This document shows positions 36,583 through 45,700 of a stretch of DNA of 64,000 nt, in pieces. The translations under genes were made by a program, and so were the position numbers. The notes under the pieces were generated by a model. That model saw nothing but the letters and a program-made list of their open reading frames with translations, was not told the DNA's origin and ran no database searches. Within the stretch, counting starts at the first letter, position 1. Every line of letters begins with the position of its first letter. Source of the DNA: a virus; IMG/VR virus record IMGVR_UViG_3300021368_000003, positions 1 to 64,000 of that record; one strand, written 5' to 3'.

Positions 36583-36902
36583 TCTACATGTACTGTACCG
36601 ATCATGCCTGCTCCTTTGTGAGGACCACACCAATAAGTATAGTCGCCTGCCTCAGGGAATGCAACGTCGAACTCTTCACCAGGCATCATAGCGAGTGCCT
36701 CGTGACTTAGTTCTGGATGATCTTCCACAACAACGTTGTGGGGTGGTAGCATGTTGTTGATGAAGTGAACTGATTCTCCTGCGCTGATTGTAACTTCTGC
36801 TGGTTCAAATACTAGATTACCGCCTGAACCCATCTGGACATCTACTGCCCATGCTGGCATAGCAAAAAATAGTGCAGCAAATAAGGAAAGAATAAACTTC
36901 AT
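36579..36902 (-). CDS. petE: Plastocyanin
   Basis: Signal peptide; LVFEP, PHNV, CGPHKGAGM copper ligands. Confidence 0.97.
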   Translation of the reverse strand: MKFILSLFAALFFAMPAWAVDVQMGSGGNLVFEPAEVTISAGESVHFINNMLPPHNVVVEDHPELSHEALAMMPGEEFDVAFPEAGDYTYWCGPHKGAGMIGTVHVE

Positions 36903-36923
36903 AAAACCTTACTGTAACTGCAC

Positions 36924-36931
36924 TATTTAGA
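36924..36931 (-). promoter_or_regulatory. Late promoter TCTAAATA (petE operon)
   Basis: TAAATA core 21 nt upstream of petE. Confidence 0.65.
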
Positions 36932-36948
36932 TGTATATGATCGGTATA

Positions 36949-37242
36949 TTAACCTAATCGGTCCTGAATCTCTGACATTGCATCCTTCTTTCCTTTGATC
37001 ATTCCATCGATATAACCACTTCTATATTCCCATGTTTGACCACCAACCTGACCCTTCTTTGGGTTGATACATTGATCATTTCCTAGGTTGTTGCAAACCA
37101 AACCTGCAAGGTCTAGTTCTGAATCTTTGTTAGTGTTGCCTGTACCTCGCCAGACATGTTGTCCATTGATCCACGTTGCTCCACACTTCTCACACTCTAC
37201 GCGAGAGAGTGACAGATCAGACGCTTCTTTTTCGTTACTCAT
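36949..37242 (-). CDS. Cys-containing hypothetical protein
   Basis: CEKC..TWING.H.W.G...DLAGLVCN....CINP.KG..GG.TW. Confidence 0.75.
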   Translation of the reverse strand: MSNEKEASDLSLSRVECEKCGATWINGQHVWRGTGNTNKDSELDLAGLVCNNLGNDQCINPKKGQVGGQTWEYRSGYIDGMIKGKKDAMSEIQDRLG

Positions 37243-37459
37243 TGTTTCTAAATCCCCAGTGATGTTTCCATGGTGGTGTGAGTGGGAGACCCAGTTCCTT
37301 TTCCATTCTGAGTCTCATAGGATAGACCCTAGCACAAATGATGAAGTGTCGCAACTTTAAGTCCAGAAAATAAAACAGTCGCATTGTGGATTCTATACCA
37401 GCATATGCGACCATTAAACAGACTATTGCAACGACAAAATAAAAACCTAGCAGTTCCAT
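37235..37459 (-). CDS. Small membrane protein
   Basis: N-terminal TM. Confidence 0.65.
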   Translation of the reverse strand: MELLGFYFVVAIVCLMVAYAGIESTMRLFYFLDLKLRHFIICARVYPMRLRMEKELGLPLTPPWKHHWGFRNNE

Positions 37460-37851
37460 GCGCGTAAAGATTTCGAGAGACGATCATCCCCAGTATTGTT
37501 GGATGGTTTCTGTCTCTTCCTCATACCTTTCATACGAGCACAGAAAGAACGACGACGAGGATTACCAACCTTTTTACTAGGTGCTTTCAGATCAGACCCT
37601 GGGTTCTCTTTTTCGTAGGACTTACGTCCTTTCTCATTGAGACCACCCTCTTTGTTCTGACCTTCTTTCTTAGTCCAAGCAGCACCTTCCGTACGCATTG
37701 TCATATCAGTAGGCTTCTTCTTCGATACTGCTTTCATTTGCAGTTGAAGTTTCTGCCTATTGATCATCAGTTGCTTACGCTGAATCTGTTGTTGGCGATT
37801 CTCCATAGATTTATCGCCTGCTTCGGAAATGTACTCCTTGAAAGTAATCAT
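37447..37851 (-). CDS. Basic putative head-internal protein with capsid-targeting-like N-terminus
   Basis: Starts MITFKEYISE|A; C-terminal GGLNEKGR...RR.SFCARM.G...LRAWNC module. Confidence 0.7.
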   Translation of the reverse strand: MITFKEYISEAGDKSMENRQQQIQRKQLMINRQKLQLQMKAVSKKKPTDMTMRTEGAAWTKKEGQNKEGGLNEKGRKSYEKENPGSDLKAPSKKVGNPRRRSFCARMKGMRKRQKPSNNTGDDRLSKSLRAWNC

Positions 37852-37976
37852 CTTGGTTTCTTAGGACAGTTTTCTTCGTGCTTTTCGATCCATGTCTTTG
37901 GACGCCAGTGACCCTGAGGTGAAGTCACCCCACAGTATTGGCACTTCCAAATGTTGTTAGCTTGTTTTTCAGCCAT
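37848..37976 (-). CDS. 42-aa C2HC zinc-finger protein (not in ORF track)
   Basis: Manual translation MAEKQANNIWKCQYCGVTSPQGHWRPKTWIEKHEENCPKKPR*; overlaps both neighbours by 4-8 nt. Confidence 0.7.
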   Translation of the reverse strand: MAEKQANNIWKCQYCGVTSPQGHWRPKTWIEKHEENCPKKPR

Positions 37977-39312
37977 AATGGTAAGATCCTTTATTAGTTT
38001 TCTTCGGTAGTTTACCACCTCTTACCTTGGTTCCAGATGTTTCACCGTAACCTGCTGGGTGCTTCCCTGCCTTAGTTTTACCGATGGAGTCAGACTTTGC
38101 CTTACTACCCTTTTCAGTATAGTGCAGTTTGGCGGATTTGTCTTTGTCCTTGGTAATCACAGACTCTTGTCCATGCTTGCGACCCAGACGACGCATCACT
38201 TTGCCGAAACGGCGCTTAGACATCTTATCAGGTTTTGAGGTCTGATAGGAAACTTCACGTCCAGTTTCACCACTGTCATACTTGTACTCGCCCACACCTT
38301 TCTTGTGACCGATACCGTGCTTCTTCAAATCTTTTTCAAGACCCTTACGACCTTCACGATTTTTCTTCTCGTCAGATCCACGGTCAGCACTGATGTGTCC
38401 AGTAACCTGAGTCTTAGACTTCTGCATCATGCGACCAGTACGGTTGCCTTCGTCGAGGAACTGCTTGAAGGACTTACCCTCAACTTCCTCTTTCTTCAAA
38501 CCAACCTTACGCATCACCTTACCAACGATGCCTTCTTTCTTCTTCGCCTTAGCAGCATCGATACGCTTCTGCAAATCAGGAGAATACTTGACAGAAGACT
38601 TCTTCTGACGCTTGGAGTAATCCATATAGGATTCACCCTTACGCAGTTTCTTAGGATCTTCCTTCTTAGGGGTTGAAGATGAGGATCCACGATCTTCACG
38701 AGCACGTTGGTTAGCACCAGGACCACCGAGTTTCTTATCCTTATCGGGATCGGGATGCCAAAAGTCTCCACGTTCCAGTATAACAGACTCTTGCTTCAAC
38801 CGTGCTGCACGCTTTGCCTTTGCCTTAGCAAGGATTCTTTCGCGTGCTGCTTTACGCTCATCGGCGGGGATGGCAGTAACTGCACCAAGTTTTTGATCAA
38901 CATCACCAGGGGCATAACCTTCTTTCTTGGTATCGATGATGGCACCTTTACCATGCTTCTTGCGGATCTCTGCCTTGACATGATCAAGTGCGCCCATACC
39001 GTCATACTTTTTCTTCTGGGGCATAGGTTTGGGTTGTGAACCACCAGATCTAGCAACGGACTTACTACGAGGACGCCAAGTGCCACGTTCCAACTGACGA
39101 TCCTTCATGCGATCGTAGTCTTCCTCCTTGATGAACTCTTCTTTTTTCATTGGTAACCCCTTATGTTTTGTTGATGCGAATTTCTTCACGTCGGAACGCT
39201 TGGCGGAGGCAGCAACTTTGGCAACCTCAGGCGAGGGATTCTCCATCTCTCCCTTCTGAGCCGCTCTAACCATCCCGAAGAATCTTTGTTGTTTTTTGGA
39301 GACGGCGGGCAT
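37969..39312 (-). CDS. Basic modular protein: putative head-internal polyprotein with C-terminal SAM-lyase-like domain
   Basis: Lys/Arg-rich modules separated by Glu junctions; KSFKQFLDE|G, then ISADR, G.Y, E.S, QESVI motifs. Confidence 0.65.
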   Translation of the reverse strand: MPAVSKKQQRFFGMVRAAQKGEMENPSPEVAKVAASAKRSDVKKFASTKHKGLPMKKEEFIKEEDYDRMKDRQLERGTWRPRSKSVARSGGSQPKPMPQKKKYDGMGALDHVKAEIRKKHGKGAIIDTKKEGYAPGDVDQKLGAVTAIPADERKAARERILAKAKAKRAARLKQESVILERGDFWHPDPDKDKKLGGPGANQRAREDRGSSSSTPKKEDPKKLRKGESYMDYSKRQKKSSVKYSPDLQKRIDAAKAKKKEGIVGKVMRKVGLKKEEVEGKSFKQFLDEGNRTGRMMQKSKTQVTGHISADRGSDEKKNREGRKGLEKDLKKHGIGHKKGVGEYKYDSGETGREVSYQTSKPDKMSKRRFGKVMRRLGRKHGQESVITKDKDKSAKLHYTEKGSKAKSDSIGKTKAGKHPAGYGETSGTKVRGGKLPKKTNKGSYHYG

Positions 39313-39594
39313 TTACTGTCTCGCGACTTTTGTGCATTTAAGACCTGTTCCATCGATAGTCTCCAAAGGATCCTTTTCTATGTATACAGTTTCACCAGAT
39401 CTGATCGATGCATTTCTGGCACCAAGTGCTACGTATTTGTCAGATCCACCACGCTCAGTAACCACAGGTGCATCATCAAGAACGAGCACGATGGTGGCAT
39501 TGGTATCGTTGACAACACGTACAGCAGTTGCCTTACTCAGATTGGTTGCGGCACTAAGGGTAACCTCAGTTGCCATTACTCGTACTCTATCCAT
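39313..39594 (-). CDS. Small beta-rich protein, probably virion-associated
   Basis: First gene after late promoter 39622; abuts the next gene. Confidence 0.7.
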   Translation of the reverse strand: MDRVRVMATEVTLSAATNLSKATAVRVVNDTNATIVLVLDDAPVVTERGGSDKYVALGARNASIRSGETVYIEKDPLETIDGTGLKCTKVARQ

Positions 39595-39620
39595 TGTAAT
39601 TAGTTACAGTAGTGCTTTTA

Positions 39621-40076
39621 CTATTTATCTTGTTGTTGTTTTAGGAACTTAGCAAGATCTGCTGTACTCCCAACAAACATTGTATTGTTAGTTGTATTAA
39701 CTTCCTTTCCTTTCTTAGGTGCTTCAATATCAGCAACCTTCTTTTGAAGATCAACTAATTTGTCAGCAACATCTCCCACATGCTTGATCAACTGACCAGC
39801 AACCTCAAAGGCACGAGGTTGATCAGACTCCTGTGCAAGTTCCAGGATTCCATCAACTGCTTCTTGTCCTTTCTCAATCAATGAATACAAATTCCCACGA
39901 GTATATTCATAATCCTTCTTCAACTGTTCTTTGGTTGATGTGGATATTTCTTCGATTTTCTTTTCAGGTGGGAGTGGTTTGCTAGCAGGAGCAATCGATG
40001 TTTCTATATCAAGTGCATCCTCTATGCCATCAAACTTACTCGTCTTGTCCTGTTGTGGGGTTCCGTGAGAGTCCAT
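39621..40076 (-). CDS. gp16: Terminase small subunit gp16 (start uncertain: ATG 40076 or ACG 40043)
   Basis: DYEYTR.NL..LIEKG, PRAFEV, FVGST.DL. Confidence 0.93.
   Translation of the reverse strand: MDSHGTPQQDKTSKFDGIEDALDIETSIAPASKPLPPEKKIEEISTSTKEQLKKDYEYTRGNLYSLIEKGQEAVDGILELAQESDQPRAFEVAGQLIKHVGDVADKLVDLQKKVADIEAPKKGKEVNTTNNTMFVGSTADLAKFLKQQQDK
39622..39629 (-). promoter_or_regulatory. Late promoter GATAAATA
   Basis: NATAAATA overlapping the gp16 stop. Confidence 0.75.
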
Positions 40077-41076
40077 CTGTCCATTCCGATTTAATTTCAT
40101 TGAATCCAAAGTCATCATCAGCATCTACCAGAGCATGGTCAACTTGATCAATCTTAAAGATGTTTGATCCGTTAACGTGTGCTGCTTCGGTAGTAGCGTT
40201 CCAAGCACGAGTGACATAAAGTTTAGTACCACTCTTCTTGGTAATACGCATAACCTCATTGTCGATTTGGATGTTAGTCTTAGCAGTAAAGCCAGACGCA
40301 TCTGCTACGTGAATGATGCCATCATTATCATCACATGCTTGTGACAGTTGTGATGTTGCTGCACCATCTCTTTGAATGAGAGATGCTGGTGTAGCCTGAT
40401 AACGTACTTCTCTCGGTGCAGTGGGTACTGCATCGGTAGCATAATCGACGATTGCTTTTGTGATGAGTTCTCCACTCTTGTCTTCCAGAGGACCGTAGAT
40501 GTAGGTCTTCGCAACAAATTGCAGAGTGTAGATCAAAGTACGACGTGTGTCGTAGTCACCTTCATATTGATCATCGTAATCAATACTTTGAAGAGTGACA
40601 GGATAGTCTCTTTTCTCACCCAGTTCAGGGACCAAGTTCATGGTCATGTTGAAACTAGGTTGGAAGAAAGGTAGAATCTGTTCCAGGATTTGTAGAGAAT
40701 CATCCTGATTCTTAGCAAGAATTGCTAGTTCAAAATTGATGTTATATGGAACAGGCATGAATGCCTTGTTCTCTTTTGTACCAGACGTATGTCTGATATA
40801 CTGTGTGGGAGATACTTTCCTACTAGGATCGTAACTGATACCTTGAATCTCAAATGCAATTCTAGGTAGAGTAATCTGTACTTGATCTCTCGTGGAGAGG
40901 TCTCCTACTTGACGCAAACGTGCTAAGAACTTTGCCTTAGGACCATAAGCAAGAGGTACTTTCATGACCTCTGTCTTAGAACCAGAGGTTCTGCGAATCT
41001 CAATGTTATTGAAGAGTGTGCCGAAACCGACAACCGTCTTCTTGATGATTGAGTTATAGTTGTATGTACCTAACAT
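40036..41076 (-). CDS. gp15: Tail terminator/sheath stabiliser gp15 with extra C-terminal domain
   Basis: FGTLFNNI, VPLAYGP, LPRI.FE, PVPYN, EQILPFFQP. Confidence 0.95.
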   Translation of the reverse strand: MLGTYNYNSIIKKTVVGFGTLFNNIEIRRTSGSKTEVMKVPLAYGPKAKFLARLRQVGDLSTRDQVQITLPRIAFEIQGISYDPSRKVSPTQYIRHTSGTKENKAFMPVPYNINFELAILAKNQDDSLQILEQILPFFQPSFNMTMNLVPELGEKRDYPVTLQSIDYDDQYEGDYDTRRTLIYTLQFVAKTYIYGPLEDKSGELITKAIVDYATDAVPTAPREVRYQATPASLIQRDGAATSQLSQACDDNDGIIHVADASGFTAKTNIQIDNEVMRITKKSGTKLYVTRAWNATTEAAHVNGSNIFKIDQVDHALVDADDDFGFNEIKSEWTDGLSRNPTTGQDE

Positions 41077-41951
41077 TAGAGCGTTCCTCCACTGTTGCCA
41101 TATTCACCGAACGGATTGATTTCAGTAAAGTCAATGATATCGTCCGCCTGGGTCTCAATGGTCCAGTTATTATCAAATTCGTCGTTCACATTATTTAGGG
41201 TGTTGTAATTATATGTAGTCCACACAGCAGTGCTATCGTCTCCTGTGATGGTTTCGCCAACTCTGAATCCACCAGAACGGTTGATAACTTGCAGAGTTCT
41301 AGTAGCAGCATCCCAAGCCTTGACCTCAGCAGTAGTAGCAGATGTGCCACCAGTGACAGTCTCACCAGCAGTAAAGATACCACTACCACCTTCTGCCATA
41401 ACAATAGAGATTGCACTAGCAAAGTTAGTCTGGATAGCATCCACGGCAGCCACACCAGTGTCGATGTCCTCGTCGCTGTACTCGAACAGTTCACAACGTA
41501 GACCCCAGACATACTGGTGACCCAACTGATAGAAGGGTTGTTCGTGCTCTACATATTGAATCTCAAAGGTCTTGTTGACCATAGTGAAATGAATCAGATC
41601 TCCTTCATTAGGACGACCTTCTACAATCAGAGTAGCATTGTCATCTACTGCTGCTGTAAAGCGTCTCCTTGAAATGATGAAGGTGACTTGATCTTGAATT
41701 CTGACACCAAACTTTGAGAAAATATCACCGTCGCCCCTAAAACCACCAGCATCTTCAAGATAGACTTCCACTTCAAAGGCTCCCTCAAACTTTGAGAGGG
41801 TGTCTTCTCCGAACACAGAGTCTTCTTTGACGAGCGTTCTTGGGATGTAATAGACGTTCTTGCCGAACATCTTAATTTGCTCATCGACGAGATCTTGTAC
41901 GAGACCTTGCTCTCCCGTTGTACCTTGGGTGAAGAAACTGTTAAGTGCCAT
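41076..41951 (-). CDS. gp14: Neck protein gp14
   Basis: EQ.L..DL..E.I, YYIPR, RPNEGDLI, PFYQLG, DF.E.NPFG. Confidence 0.95.
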   Translation of the reverse strand: MALNSFFTQGTTGEQGLVQDLVDEQIKMFGKNVYYIPRTLVKEDSVFGEDTLSKFEGAFEVEVYLEDAGGFRGDGDIFSKFGVRIQDQVTFIISRRRFTAAVDDNATLIVEGRPNEGDLIHFTMVNKTFEIQYVEHEQPFYQLGHQYVWGLRCELFEYSDEDIDTGVAAVDAIQTNFASAISIVMAEGGSGIFTAGETVTGGTSATTAEVKAWDAATRTLQVINRSGGFRVGETITGDDSTAVWTTYNYNTLNNVNDEFDNNWTIETQADDIIDFTEINPFGEYGNSGGTL

Positions 41952-41952
41952 A

Positions 41953-42753
41953 TCATCCGATCATGTCTAGGGGTGGAGTTTCCCAAGTGGTACGCAGTTG
42001 CTCATCGAGAATCTTCAACTCTTCGACAGCATCGTTATAGATCATCTCTCCGTTGAGAGTGACACCACCTGGCATTTGGACATTCTGGAATTTGGTTAGG
42101 TTCTGTCCCCACTGCTTCTTAATCTTTGCAGTAGCATAATCCTTCAACCACATCTGATTATAGATCTCAGTCCAGGTTGTGGGATCAAGAGCACGCCAAC
42201 ACTTGATAACAACAAACTGATCTTCCAGGGCATCCTGTGACCAGTCAAAGTCCAGATAAATCTTATCTTGTACAGCATTGTATCTAATTGGTTTCATACC
42301 TTCCAGGATGAAATCAATAGTTTCTAGATGCTGTTGGATCATATAGTAATGATAGAACTGTGTAGACGTAAAGTCATACAGATCATTCAATCTCATCTGA
42401 TAACGAATGTCGAACATATTACGAGTGCCTTTATCAGTGAAGGAGAAGATACCTTCAATGGCAGTAATGTGTTCTGGCACTTGGAGGAAAGCATTACCCT
42501 CTTTCCAAGTAGTAGTCCCATCAGCAGACATAACAGTAGAATCTGATTTACCAGCATCAATCTCTGCTTGGGTAAATTGGTGTTTCAGATAAACACGTTC
42601 AGCACCTTCATAGTGAAACTGCTGGAACTTTTGGATAGAGTAATCGATGGCATCATCACATTGATCATCGGATACGTTTACCTCCAAGACTGGTTTACCC
42701 AGTCTACGGAGGCAGTATTCTTTTAGTTCTGCCTTAGAAGTTGGAATTGCCAT
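41953..42753 (-). CDS. gp13: Neck protein gp13
   Basis: YCLRRLG.PV.EVNV, WLK.YATA..K.QWG.NL.KF, PGGVTLNG. Confidence 0.96.
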   Translation of the reverse strand: MAIPTSKAELKEYCLRRLGKPVLEVNVSDDQCDDAIDYSIQKFQQFHYEGAERVYLKHQFTQAEIDAGKSDSTVMSADGTTTWKEGNAFLQVPEHITAIEGIFSFTDKGTRNMFDIRYQMRLNDLYDFTSTQFYHYYMIQQHLETIDFILEGMKPIRYNAVQDKIYLDFDWSQDALEDQFVVIKCWRALDPTTWTEIYNQMWLKDYATAKIKKQWGQNLTKFQNVQMPGGVTLNGEMIYNDAVEELKILDEQLRTTWETPPLDMIG

Positions 42754-42759
42754 TGGTTA

Positions 42760-45700
42760 TCAGAGAGCGGCGACGCGGGTCTGGAAGTCGGAGAAGGAAG
42801 AAGAAGCAGCAACAACTGCTTTGAGATCTGCCAAAGACAGAGTTTCAGCTTGCAGAGCGGAGTCTGCTGTTGCACCCTGTGCAGCAGTTGCATAATCAGT
42901 AGATGCAGTTGCAGCAGCAGTACCCAGAGTAGGTTTGCCAGTCAGATCTGCATATGCACCAGAGAACAAGGTGGGCTTACCAGTCAAGTCTGCATAGGCA
43001 CCAGAGAAGAGCGTAGGCAGATTGGTAAGATCATCGTAATCATTGCTGGTAGCAACAGCACCCAGATCTCCTGGTTGAGTTGCACTATCAGCAAGAGCAC
43101 CCTGTGCAGCAGTTGCATAGTCAGCAGCAGCGGTAGTAGCAGCAGTACCCAAACCAAGAGTGGTACGAGCAGCAGCAGCGTCTGCATCATCAATCAGGGT
43201 TCCACCGAAGGTGCTGACAGCAGATGCGTCAAGTTTTCCAGTGATACCAGCGACAACACGAGCATCAGCGCGTGCGTCTGTGTAGTAAAGGTTGCTACCT
43301 TCTGCCAGGTCACCAGTGTCCTGATTAGTCAGATCAAGGTTTGCACCAGTTGCAGCAGCAACTCTTGCATCAGCACGAGTGTCGGTGTAATAGAGGTTAG
43401 TAGAACCTTCTGTCAGAGCATCAGTATCCTTGCTGCTGAGGTCAAGATTTGCACCAACTTGGAGTGCAATGCGAGCATCGGCACGAGCGTTGGTGTAGTA
43501 GAGGTTACTACCCTCAGTGATGTTGCTAGTATCAAACTCACCAAAGTCAGCTGACAGGGTAAGCAGGTTACCTGCATCGTTGTAAGTAGCAGAGATACCA
43601 GTACCACCAGAGATCAGAGCAGCAACGCGATCGTCAACTCTTTCATTGGTGTAGTAAAGGTTAGTGCCCTCAGAAAGGTCACCAGTGTCCTTCTGGGAGA
43701 GATCAAGGTTTGCACCAGTCTGCAAGTTGACACGAGCGTCAGCGCGAGTATTGGTGTAGTAAACATTGGTCGAACCTTCACTGAGATCATCAGTAGTAGC
43801 AGCGGCAATACGTGCATCGGCAAGTGTATTTACCTCAGCATCAGTGCGCTCCGTAAAGGAGAAGACACCAGTAGAAGCATTGTAACCGAGGTCGCCAGTA
43901 ACACTGAATGCACCGCGAGCGCGGGCGTCAGTAAAGAAGATATTGGTTGATCCTTCTGTGATGTTATCAGTATCGATATCGCTCTGAGTGACAGAAAGAG
44001 TGCCACTGCCATCATGCTGGATACCAGTTCCATAAGTAAAAGCATTTCTCGTCCTCGCCTGAGTAAAGAATCTATTGCTGGAACCCTCAGTCAGATCGTC
44101 AGTGTTGATCTCACCAAAGTCAACAGCAAGAGACAGCAGGTTATTGGCATCATCATACGTTGCCGAAATACCTGTGCCGCCATCAACCAGTGCAGCAACA
44201 CGATCATCAACTCTTTCGTTAGTGAAGTAGAGGTTGGTAGTTCCTTCTGCCAGAGCATCAGTATCGTGGTTCGCAATAGAACCCACCTGTGCCACGAAGT
44301 AAGTCAAGGCACCAGTAACAGTCAAGTTACCTTGGACTTCAAAGTCAGTGGTAGAACGGAAGTTAGCAACAGTCAGTCTGTTCTCGTAAGGATTGTAAGT
44401 GAGGTTGGTAGAGTCAACTCTCATCTCACTGTATCCAGTAACAGCAGAGACGAATGTAGGATAGAAGGTAGCGTCGGTAGTTGTGGTATCAGTGATGTCT
44501 GCAAGATCAGACTTATCAGCAGTACCAGTCAGGTCACCAGTAATGTTACCAGTGATTTGTCCTGTAACACCCAGTGTGCCACCGATAGTTGTGTTAGAGG
44601 TTACATCCAGAGTATTGGTAGTCGTCAGACCAGCAGCGGTAATGTTACCAGTTGTGGACTGCATGGTGATCTTGTCAGTACCTGAACCATTTTGCAGGAT
44701 CAGAGTCTTAGAAGCACCACGGAGAACAACGTTGTCCTTGAAGAGAGACGTGCTGTTCTGAGTAATAGTATTATTAAATGTAGCAGCACCATCAACGTTC
44801 AGAGTGCTATCAAGATCAGTTGCACCAGTTACATTGAAGGTGTCATCAATTACAGTTGCACCACCAACATTCAGTGTACCTGCCATGTTGAGGTTACCAC
44901 CAGTCGGGTTGACGGTGAATACAGAAGTACCAACATTGAGAATACCACCAACAGTGATATTACCAGTGGAGGTTGCGCTGCCCAGGTCAAGAGTGGTAAG
45001 CGTTGTGTTGCCAGTGACGTTCAGAGTACCATCAGTGCTAGCGTTACCAGTTGCACCAAGAACAGTGAACTTAGTAGCGTTGTTAGGACCGATGAACAAA
45101 TCAGATCCGATGTACACATCTTCGTCAACGGTCATACCACCTGCGGTGACCATCAACGCAGCGTTGTCAGAGAGGTTAGATGGGTTTTCGTTCTTAGAGA
45201 AGTCAACACGACCACGGAATTCCTGGTTACCTTTCTGGACGACGTTACCATCTACCTCAAAGTCACCATAGACCTTAAAGTCTTCTGCAACTGCCAGGTC
45301 CTTAGCGATAGTTGCACCACCTGCAATCTGCAAAGCACCAGAGGCAGAGAAGTTATTGCCAGTAGATGCGTTAGTAGTATCAGTAAGAGTTGTAATACCA
45401 TCAATGTTGACCGTGCTATCAAAGTCAGCACCCTGTACAACGTTCAGAGTGTTGCTGAGAGTGGTAGCAGAAGTAACACCAAGGGTTCCAACAATGCTGG
45501 TGTTGCCATTATCAGTATCAACGGTGAACTTAGCAGTGCCAGTTCCATCTTGGATAGAAAGTTCTCTACCAGCAACATTGATTGTCAGACCATCAGTCAA
45601 AGTAGTCAGACCATCAACATCGAGAGTGCCATTGACAGTCAGATTGTCGTCAATGATAGTCTCAGAAGTGGCAGAATCAAGAGTAAGGTTACCAGCAACA

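Noticed and set aside
39595-39608. Second NtcA box (TGTA-attagt-TACA); also GTA-N7-TAC near 26492
   Set aside because: Spacer is 6 or 7 nt, not 8
42925-44280. CRISPR-like array
   Set aside because: Repeats are degenerate at third codon positions and in frame, i.e. protein repeats
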